Origin: a virus
Lineage: Duplodnaviria > Caudoviricetes
Virus record (IMG/VR): IMGVR_UViG_3300017963_000189
Length of the DNA stretch: 64,000 bases
Reading direction: 5' to 3' (one strand)
The translations under genes were made by a program, and so were the position numbers. Positions 58,801 through 64,000 of the stretch are shown piece after piece. The notes under the pieces are model-generated. The model searched no databases and was not told the origin of the DNA. It saw only the letters and a program-made list of their open reading frames with translations. Each line of letters opens with the position of its first letter. Positions within the stretch are counted from its first letter, which is position 1.

Positions 58801-59402
58801 ATACTAACATTTTCTCCACCAACAATAGCAGAACTATCTACACTATCTATTATTGAATGTGCTCTACCAGTAACAATATTAAAGTCAGCATCATTTCTTA
58901 AAAGATGATCATCCCCTACTACTACATTATAATCAGAACTACTAATAGTTGAATTATATGTCATTAATAAAAGATTAGATATATTATTAATTTTATTTGC
59001 GTCGCCACCAACAATACTAAAACTCAAATATCCTGTTACCGTATTATCAACACCTACTACAATAGAACCTTGTTTAACTCCATTTACATTGTGATCTTGA
59101 CCAATTATTGCAGCATTTTGAATACCATCTCCGGTTATAGTATGACCTGTACCTACTATTAACTCTTTTGATACATCAAAACTTCCGGTAATTGATAAAC
59201 TTCCGGATATGTTCACTGATCCACTTGTAAGTGAATTTGTTGTAAGTACCGTAACAATTTCATCCACACTACCACTTTTATGTATGTATACCTTTCCATC
59301 ATACGTATTTATGGCTAATTCACCTAACTCTAATGATGAAGTTGTTGGAAGTTTGCCAGGAATGGCGCTGCGGATGTGCCTGATAAGATGTTGTCTTGGC
59401 AT
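49884..59402 (-). CDS. giant modular tail fibre (3172 aa) with Mtd_N-like N-terminus and C-terminal intramolecular chaperone-like domain
   Basis: PGKLPTTSSLELGELAINTYDGK N-terminus; four beta-helix-like S/A-IIGG-N repeat blocks; GNVGIGT repeats; G-X-S collagen-like tract; C-terminal AKSFDIGHPTKPGHRLRYGSLEGPE. Confidence 0.88.
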   Translation of the reverse strand: MPRQHLIRHIRSAIPGKLPTTSSLELGELAINTYDGKVYIHKSGSVDEIVTVLTTNSLTSGSVNISGSLSITGSFDVSKELIVGTGHTITGDGIQNAAIIGQDHNVNGVKQGSIVVGVDNTVTGYLSFSIVGGDANKINNISNLLLMTYNSTISSSDYNVVVGDDHLLRNDADFNIVTGRAHSIIDSVDSSAIVGGENVSISGSNLVAVVGSDSSTIGDNAYSSGIYSSNFSSINNGTYGNAIIAGFDNHLDAGAYNVIIGGDYNRIIGGANSSMIMGRYITIDGVNNAIVLGRGFNSSNKLINTHTDSIWLGFRRSTAIDRHGLFIENAGLSSQFTSSVNISGSLNVDGDVSASSFTGDGSGLTNLSIPVGSGSLWTGSFTGYIERVGNVKVTGSFDVSDNSYAQNNFILGNAALLNESISTYLGKNILLFGRDVNYVPQYSPFYSTKNTSSLIMFDAGGDYKGSAPAAGALSASNIVASIVQQYGRGSIDSIGASFVGGDTNNVYRLGDGSFIFGQSNELYSLSSNYNQTVWVGGYGNKLHGAYAVFMLSDSSISSGSGDAAIIGGYNHFMDSEWGSGLFVGDSSQISGGCDYSTIIGGEQGQIGGGSGNNSIISAFQGQIDGGAYGSVIIGGIRNVIAGGIDGVILGGQDNLVTDDYPDTFLIAGKFVEIGSGGNTFVIGSGNSAANRLVNDNNNSIWLAFRPTSAANVYGLFLNNSGQDMVITSSVDVSGSLGLRNIQSNEGLGDFVVWDSGSGQFKRRTSGASGTSGTSGINGTSGTSGITGPTGSAGPTGSAGTSGTSGIDGASNTWTGSDGLNTVFLVDTARYVGVGNTSPKARLHISGGNAHMIIDSASAGDTRLSIHNSYFESGDSRGNMLISYYNNNDISWAHGVDDSDGGKFKFAFLTGGDMEQVGEASLDDNQPFLVFTTGSNIGIGTAEPVAKFHVWTSISSSDAQFEDAITVKGFITASNIITPRITASNIQVDQSMSIDGGLVVNGDATIYGVLFANEIQTTYFSSSILYSSGSTKFGDDASDIHSFTGSIQQSGSRSYFLNEVGIGTTSPVGGAGGLHVWNDVTASAFYGNGDNITGNLATSASIWQKNGNDVFLNDTSDLVGIGVQNPTEALHVLGNAHVSGTIIAKDNSGNGFIKLDASATPTLTFADLGDGGNGANIQSNDYMALSSGGGGSYFSFTVSGTEVMRIPFSRYVGIGTTVPKSQLEIQGIAPFDSLLKVGDAILSVSSSTSNVGIGTDSHAVGTSSLHVWSDVSASRFYGDGANVTGVISSSYASFATSASWAENAYWTMSAANEIHRLGYVGIGTTNPQNDLYVHANINTSAMIGVDCDAGGQDQLRFYRTGSLTWAILNPAETSDGTQLLFHDGTTGRVAFKRGGNVGIGTTDPQAILDVAGSTKLGNAVANTHEITGSLSISDTGLPLIVKRNAGGGIVLVSLGDNTGTISQIVALDDGLGNRAIKLYGRTNNPLVLGANDGEDLYINNSHNIGIGTTAPVDKLHVWGNVTASAFYGDGANLTNLPIPVGSGSYWTGSQAGYIERSSRVQVTGSFDASNNSYTQTNFILGNNGITGSIDSNLNKNMLLFGRDRNYIPQFSPFYATQITSSLVMFDAGGDYKNSAPAAGDISASNINSSIIQLYGASEVKNIGNSFIAGLAHTIDSTTDSFIVGLYNKAVSPASDNGGLFVAGQYNEIYQSDVVFALGDTIIMSGSADSVAIGINHTINDTNYAGIYAGDANTISGSSDYSVILGGEQNQIGDGTQNNAIIGAYAGQMDGGAYSNVIIGGIRNAMAGGIDGVILGGQDNFVTDAYPDTFLIAGKFVEIGSGGNTFVIGSGTSTSNRLTNNNNNSIWLGFQDAQADRHGLFIESAGLISQFTSSVNISGSLIVDGPVSASIVSASTYFGDGSNLTGIDTPIGSGSYWTGSDGYIKRVSDVHISGTLKIQDSTHLTTADNEFVIEQTGDTLGTTRIRLQSRTGITGMMIENPDLNLVDFEFSASEGETGVIRWEGRDAEHWAANASYSIQLGLFPFSTAANRWVEFGETVNYFKNKVGIGDTTPSYELDVTGDIRATQTIFADQSYFGGQDSYGAYFTQNTSETTAVLIRAGATTAALLVVEDSDLIDRFRVQESGISTFSGSVGINTTSPQESLHVWENVSASAFYGDGANVTGVVSSSHALYADNADSASVAISSSTSLFAVTASYAENAGTSTDPNVALSASIWQESASVVWLNSGSNSVGIGVSGSSVDAKLHVYSQDTGSRAFLVEGQNGALFQVLDELSGSLFAVSDISGLPILEVFDDDRVVAGKFNTNALVVTGSNVGIGTAQPAVGTASLHVWSDVSASRFYGDGSQLSGLSQGYWTASGGDIHRFSNVGINTATPSTTLDITAAGANGLVLSPDTNDNTDSARFFLESSVHTYNIMNDNGIFGIRSGATTGAGSGTARLLLNSSGDLTLNASPQQMTIKFVENADDDYWMFSGSGDTTTRGFIFDATKAGTQYMKLRSYGVTSDAYFRIGDPTDTEFMAIGYNGTYGYMEATQSADLILQPGRWGSGLTGNVGIGMTNPTQKLEVSGSVRASRFIMTNVAAGSPGASLRYIGNGFTTNDFWYNVPNGGEHRFAENDVVAALISYDNSWFTGQVSASSFIGDGSGLTNISPGEGGLWTGSFADGHIERVSDVTITGSLDVNNSVLIAGKYQSNVTGLEESLVIIGRRNPSTDIPLTVQDITGSIVVLNPFTAAKTASRIWGSIVCDFADNTTGIVDDVFGSLIVGSNHYVSDFSNGLIAGFDNNITSNNSEVFAFGDTLLINNSAYTFANALGATISGSYLAVMLGVESGILNDSNYSVIIGGDAQELSGSSDYSIILGGEQNRFGDGAFNCAVLGAYGANMIGDPYAVTIIGGIRNTIQGGIDGVVLGGQDNLVTNAYPDTFLIAGKFIEIGSSENTFVIGAGTSTANRLTNNNDNSIWLGFQDAQADRHGLFIENAGLSSQFTSSVNISGSLNVTGDVSASTYYGNGSNLTNVTADNAYWTASDGYISRFGDVHVSGTFFAEAKSFDIGHPTKPGHRLRYGSLEGPEYGIYYRGKTRGNIIELPNYWYNLVDEDSITVTLTPIGRPQNLYVVSATSRRIEIKNKSWFDRRKPEYYYVVYGERKDIKKLNVEYKR
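50380..50680. repeat. internal DNA repeat of the giant fibre, copy A (other copies about 53712-54017 and 57355-57509; partial copy 58365-58490)
   Basis: Shared GGIRN...GGIDG..LGGQDN.VT..YPDTFLIAGKF.EIGS module with long identical nucleotide runs. Confidence 0.85.
56995..57110 (-). repeat. collagen-like (Gly-X-Ser/Thr)n tract
   Basis: GASGTSGTSGINGTSGTSGITGPTGSAGPTGSAGTSGTSGIDG; a similar tract lies at about 61075-61165. Confidence 0.85.
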
Positions 59403-59462
59403 CTGCCTTTCTCCTAAATGCTATATAGCTGTTTTCGTTGTTGTGGTATATACCACGTCGAA

Positions 59463-59470
59463 TATAAATA
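59463..59470 (-). promoter_or_regulatory. TATTTATA promoter-like motif upstream of the giant fibre
   Basis: Intergenic exact copy in TTTC-TTATATATTTATA context. Confidence 0.6.
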
Positions 59471-59487
59471 TATAAGAAATGAAAAAG

Positions 59488-62400
59488 TTAGAACGTTCCA
59501 CCATCTACGGAGAGATACCCAAATGAACCCGTTACAGTAACATCGAAACTACCGGTCACCTTTACATTACTATTACGAGAAATACTTCCATCACCTTCAA
59601 TAGTCCAAACAGCAGAACCAGTCTCAATGTTTGTAAGTTTTTGAGCAACAGAAGCACTAAAATCACTAACATCTATATTTTCAACTAAACCTTCATAATT
59701 ACTTGCGGATATTTCATTCCAAACGTGTAAGTCGGCTCCAGGTGTAGTTGTACCAATACCTACTCGATCATAATTTATTGTAGTAAAAGTTTTTTGAGAA
59801 CTAAATGCGGCATATTCAAAATCATTACCATCGTTACCATATGTAAAAAGAAATCCACTACCAGAATTAAATTCCTCAACTAAAACTTGACCAATGTTAT
59901 CGCCACTATCTATGGCTCTAAAATATGATTCACTTGTTACAACATTGAGATTAGTATCAACTATGTTGTATGCTACATCAGTTACTCCAGTCCCATCATT
60001 CCAATAACTAAAACCGGTAAGGATGTCGCCATTTTCTAATTGTACTACGTCACCATAATCCCAATACCATTCATCATCATCCGTTACTTTTCCAGTTCTT
60101 TTTTGAATTAATATACTTCCAGTTGGATCAATGATAGCGGCGTACCATTCGTCCCGTGTATCATATTCTAATGCGTATGATAATACTACATTTCCATTTG
60201 TTAAGCTTGTCGCCGTTAAGTTGTATAAATACCAACCCTCAGGATCCACACGAGAATCAACGGCTGTTCTTTCTTTTACTACACTTCCTGTTGGATCAAT
60301 TATTTTATAATAATACTCAGGACTATTGTAATAAATAAGTATAACATTACCATTATTAAATGTAACAGGATAATGTTTAGTGGTTGAATTATATGTATCT
60401 ATTATGGATTTTGTTACATAGCATTCACTTGGAGTTGAACCACTTGTATTGATAATAGCATACTCAGTTCGGGCACCCAATCCACCTTCAGTGTTTTGAT
60501 ATAAAAGTAAAATATTACCATCATTTAATAATGTGCTTCCGAGCGCGTTTGAACGGGAAGGCGACCATTGAACTGTCTTTAAAATCGTTCCATTTGAATC
60601 TATTTGTACATATTTTGAATCTCGTAATGCTCCACCACCAGAATATTGATTCCAATAAAATATATGCGCTTTACTTCCGGATACAATTATATCTTGATAA
60701 TCTGCTTGAGCACTTGCAGTAAAAGTTAATATCGAAGATGATAAACTTCCAGTAGCATCAAATATACAATATTGTCCACTCGCATTATTATGTTCCCATG
60801 AATGTATTATTTTCCCATCAGAAAATTTTCCAATAGCATGATGTGAATAAAATGTCGATGTTTGTACAAGTGATTGTGTCGTTATATTATTAACATAACT
60901 CGTATCAAATGGAGTGAATAACATTCTATCAGTATCACCGTAAAACTCACTTACATCTACTCCATCTACGGTGTCACCGTCTCTAAACTTGAGATTACCA
61001 CTTATTTGTACTTCACTATAACGAGAAATGGACATACTGTCATATGAACCAGTCCAAAATGAATCTCCAAGACTTGCACTTGCACTCGTTCCACTTGTAC
61101 CACTCGTACCATCATTTCCAGGTAATCCATCCGTACCACTCGTACCAGATGTTCCATCAGACCCACCACTTCTACGTTTGAACTCACCACTACCAGAATC
61201 CCAAACTAAGAAATCACTTAATCCTTGATCTATACTCGCAGAAGCAAAAAACGCGGACGCTGTTACGTCTCCAACCGCATGAATTCCAAAACTCGCTGAA
61301 ATTGAACCAGTTATATTTAATCCATAAAGTTGACCAATTCCATCTGAATTATTTATCCACCATTTTTTACCAGTTCCTAAATTTCTACCACCAATTTGAC
61401 GACCTGTTAAATATGTTGCTTCAGTTTCGCTTGTAAGAATATCTAAATAAGTTATCGCGATTCCACTTGCAGATTTTAAATGAGTACCTGCAACCGCTTG
61501 ATTAAAATTAATAATTATATCTTCTCTTTGTGTCGGAATGGTAAATCCCAATGGATCAGATTGAGATATTGCAAGTATATCAATTAAAGCTCCACTCACA
61601 ATTAAACTTCCTGATATATTTACTTGACCAAAACGTTCAATATGACCATCACCAAATGAACCAGTCCAAAGTCCACCAATACCTGGCGCAACAGTTTGAG
61701 CAAATGATGCTGTTATAGAAGTCAATGCATGACTTGATGTAATAGATGTGTCCGCAAACGATGAACTTATTGTCCATTCAGCAAATGAAGATGATAATGT
61801 ATTGTCAGCAAATGATGAACTTATTGACCACTCAGCATGTGATGCTGTCGGTGTACTTTCCGCAAACGATGAACTAATTGACCAATTAGCATGTGATGCG
61901 GTTGGTGTACTTTCGGCGAACGATGAACTTATTGACCATAATGTTGAACTCGCAGATACAGCTTGACTTGAACTTTCAACCCAACTTGCAGTTCCATATA
62001 ATCTATTATCAGATCCACTGAGATATAAACTACCACTTATCTTTACATTACTATCTCTACTTATCGTTCCATCGTCATTGAGTGTCCATAATGTAGATCC
62101 TGTTTGTAAATTATTTATTTGTGTCGCCACACTTGACGAAAATTCAGAAATATCCACTCCATCAACTGTATCTAAATCTCGTAAAACAATATTTCCCGAT
62201 ACAATTAATCCTTGAAATGTACCTATTCCTGTATAATTAGAAATATTAAATTTTGTTGTTGTTACTGACAAACCATAATCATAAAGTGTTCCAACAATAC
62301 CTGAATCATCTATCACAATTTGATATTCGGTATCAATAAATTCATCTCTGTAATCTTTATAAATTGTTCCACGCGGATAAATCGTAGTTGAATATGTGTT

Positions 62401-63651
62401 AACTCCACTTGATGATTGAGCCAAAATATAATCGTTAAATATTATTGGAACATTTATCTGCGAGAATCCATTACCTTCAGCAACATAAAATGATCCAGAA
62501 ACAATTACATCACCTACTCTTTCAATATGACCATCAGCAAATGAACCAGTCCACAATCCACCTTCACCGGCATTTAAAGCATAAGATGCTGTTATGGCCG
62601 TTGACGCTTGACTTGATGATATAGCGGTATCAGCAAATGATGAACTAATTGACCAATCACTATATGAAGATGATAAAGAATTTTCAGCAAATGAAGCACT
62701 TATAGAACGATCACTATATGATGAACTTTCAGCCCAACTTGCAGTTCCATACATCCTATTATCAGATCCACTTATATAAAAACTACCACTAACTTTTACG
62801 TCACCAAATCTCTCAATATGACCGTCAATACTTGATGTCCAATATGTATTAAGAGCATAAGATGCGGTAGTAGCATATGATGAACTTATAGCCCAATCAG
62901 CATGACTTGCAGAACTTATCGTTCCAAGAACAACACTTGCTGTTTGAGAATAACTTGAACTTTCAGCCCAACTCGCAGTACCATATACTCTATTATCCGA
63001 TCCACTAATATATAAACTTCCACTAATTTTTACGTCACCATAATGAGATATTGAACCATCCGCACTCGATGTCCATTGTGAAATTGTTCCACTAATAGAA
63101 CTACTTGGAATGGCTCCAGGATCAGCAAGAGTTAATCCCGTATATTTATATACCGTTACACTATATGGAGTTGGATAAGAACCACTCGCAGCATCAGCAA
63201 CGTGAAGAACACCCGTCTTGTAATCAAATATCCAACTTATCGCATCAGTTTTGAAAATTTGACTTCCTGAAGCATCATAAAGTTTTACTTCATACGATGA
63301 ACCATATTTATCACTTATAAAGTCGCCAATGAAATAACTCTGGGATGCTTCGTTGACCAACCAACCACTATTTATTGAGTCAGTTCCTGGTGTAAATCCA
63401 CTACCAGAAATAAAATAAAAGGCTTGATCGTTGAATGTTGGATCGGCAGTTAACGTGAATTGTTCGTAATATTCAGCATATCCGGATGTGATAGCAGACG
63501 CGGAATCCGTAGGAATAGTATTCATCCACACTTCGCGCATATGTGTGTTGATCGTATCTTTCCCTATCTCTTGAAAGAAATTCCTGTCAGGAGTCGTAAA
63601 TCTTTTATTAATTAAAGTCTTAAATGACTTGTCAGTTTTATTTAAAGCCAC
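59488..63651 (-). CDS. large tail fibre / structural protein (1387 aa) with Ser-rich repeats and a propeller-like domain
   Basis: TASWAESSSYS and SSSFA repeats, WTGS..GHIER linkers, GTSG tract; GTG start with GGAG RBS. Confidence 0.75.
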   Translation of the reverse strand: MALNKTDKSFKTLINKRFTTPDRNFFQEIGKDTINTHMREVWMNTIPTDSASAITSGYAEYYEQFTLTADPTFNDQAFYFISGSGFTPGTDSINSGWLVNEASQSYFIGDFISDKYGSSYEVKLYDASGSQIFKTDAISWIFDYKTGVLHVADAASGSYPTPYSVTVYKYTGLTLADPGAIPSSSISGTISQWTSSADGSISHYGDVKISGSLYISGSDNRVYGTASWAESSSYSQTASVVLGTISSASHADWAISSSYATTASYALNTYWTSSIDGHIERFGDVKVSGSFYISGSDNRMYGTASWAESSSYSDRSISASFAENSLSSSYSDWSISSSFADTAISSSQASTAITASYALNAGEGGLWTGSFADGHIERVGDVIVSGSFYVAEGNGFSQINVPIIFNDYILAQSSSGVNTYSTTIYPRGTIYKDYRDEFIDTEYQIVIDDSGIVGTLYDYGLSVTTTKFNISNYTGIGTFQGLIVSGNIVLRDLDTVDGVDISEFSSSVATQINNLQTGSTLWTLNDDGTISRDSNVKISGSLYLSGSDNRLYGTASWVESSSQAVSASSTLWSISSSFAESTPTASHANWSISSSFAESTPTASHAEWSISSSFADNTLSSSFAEWTISSSFADTSITSSHALTSITASFAQTVAPGIGGLWTGSFGDGHIERFGQVNISGSLIVSGALIDILAISQSDPLGFTIPTQREDIIINFNQAVAGTHLKSASGIAITYLDILTSETEATYLTGRQIGGRNLGTGKKWWINNSDGIGQLYGLNITGSISASFGIHAVGDVTASAFFASASIDQGLSDFLVWDSGSGEFKRRSGGSDGTSGTSGTDGLPGNDGTSGTSGTSASASLGDSFWTGSYDSMSISRYSEVQISGNLKFRDGDTVDGVDVSEFYGDTDRMLFTPFDTSYVNNITTQSLVQTSTFYSHHAIGKFSDGKIIHSWEHNNASGQYCIFDATGSLSSSILTFTASAQADYQDIIVSGSKAHIFYWNQYSGGGALRDSKYVQIDSNGTILKTVQWSPSRSNALGSTLLNDGNILLLYQNTEGGLGARTEYAIINTSGSTPSECYVTKSIIDTYNSTTKHYPVTFNNGNVILIYYNSPEYYYKIIDPTGSVVKERTAVDSRVDPEGWYLYNLTATSLTNGNVVLSYALEYDTRDEWYAAIIDPTGSILIQKRTGKVTDDDEWYWDYGDVVQLENGDILTGFSYWNDGTGVTDVAYNIVDTNLNVVTSESYFRAIDSGDNIGQVLVEEFNSGSGFLFTYGNDGNDFEYAAFSSQKTFTTINYDRVGIGTTTPGADLHVWNEISASNYEGLVENIDVSDFSASVAQKLTNIETGSAVWTIEGDGSISRNSNVKVTGSFDVTVTGSFGYLSVDGGTF
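61745..61940 (-). repeat. tandem 54-nt (18-aa) and related Ser-rich repeats
   Basis: SSSFAESTPTASHANWSI / SSSFAESTPTASHAEWSI / SSSFADNTL. Confidence 0.85.
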
Positions 63652-63664
63652 TTACTTATCTCCA

Positions 63665-64000
63665 TTATCCATTATCAAATGTCACGGTTAATTGTGTCAA
63701 ATAATCCGTATTCGATGTATCATTAAATCTTACCATTAAAACTAATGGATTACTATTCGTTGTTTGTTTACCACTTGGCAATCCCCACGTTATAGTATCT
63801 CCACTTACCGCACCATTCCTTATTCCATATATACTACCACTGTCGTCGCCAACCTCGCGTCCTAAATCATAAATACTCGACCCACTTTCGTTGGCGAGAA
63901 CGAAAGCCATTTGTAAATCATCACTGCCAGACCAAACACCTACTATGTCACTCAATCCACTAAAACCATTCCTCGCAATTACTATCGTTCCATTCTCGTT
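63665..64000 (-). CDS. C-terminal fragment of a structural protein (5' end outside the window)
   Basis: Frame stays open from the track's TTG at 63955 to the window edge (NENGTIVIARNGFSG...). Confidence 0.7.
   Translation of the reverse strand, partial: NENGTIVIARNGFSGLSDIVGVWSGSDDLQMAFVLANESGSSIYDLGREVGDDSGSIYGIRNGAVSGDTITWGLPSGKQTTNSNPLVLMVRFNDTSNTDYLTQLTVTFDNG

Noticed and set aside
1355-61966. The many short plus-strand ORFs and nested minus-strand ORFs in the six-frame track
   Set aside because: They lie antisense to or inside long genes with recognisable motifs, lack RBSs and have shadow-ORF composition. Only 7096..7788 has an RBS, a signal peptide and its own space.
1-64000. CRISPR array, inteins/introns, or stop-codon reassignment
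   Set aside because: No regularly spaced repeat-spacer array was seen. RNR, helicase and UvsX have normal lengths with no intein signatures. Standard-code ORFs tile the window densely, and TAA, TAG and TGA all end genes.

Overview
This is a 64-kb internal fragment of a large, AT-rich (about one-third GC by eye) contractile-tailed dsDNA phage with a T4-like gene set. Almost all genes lie on the minus strand and read in the standard genetic code. Left to right: a partial glycosyltransferase-like gene, dUTPase and class II (B12-dependent) ribonucleotide reductase; an early accessory region (3.2-9.8 kb) driven by sigma70-type promoters, holding an RlaP-like nucleotidyltransferase, nucleases, a SAM methyltransferase and the only plus-strand gene (a Tyr/Lys/Arg-rich lipoprotein); a replication/recombination block (gp41-like helicase, 5'-3' exonuclease, UvsX/RecA, gp32-like SSB, an apparently thumb-less family A polymerase); baseplate, tape measure, chaperone, tube and sheath genes; and about 29 kb of tail fibre/adhesin genes including a 3172-aa fibre. 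The strongest lead is a MunI-like restriction endonuclease with no DNA methyltransferase in the window, in a sequence where a by-eye scan found no MunI site (CAATTG). It sits behind a DUF559-type endonuclease whose ribosome-binding site is locked in a 14-bp hairpin with a putative late promoter in the loop. Other leads are a probable +1/-2 tail-chaperone frameshift, a TATTTATA promoter-like motif (reverse complement of the T4 late promoter), a gp32-like autoregulatory leader and DNA-level module sharing among fibre genes. No tRNA, rRNA, CRISPR array, intein or reverse transcriptase was seen. Protein family calls come from remembered motifs rather than database searches, and motif counts are by eye.
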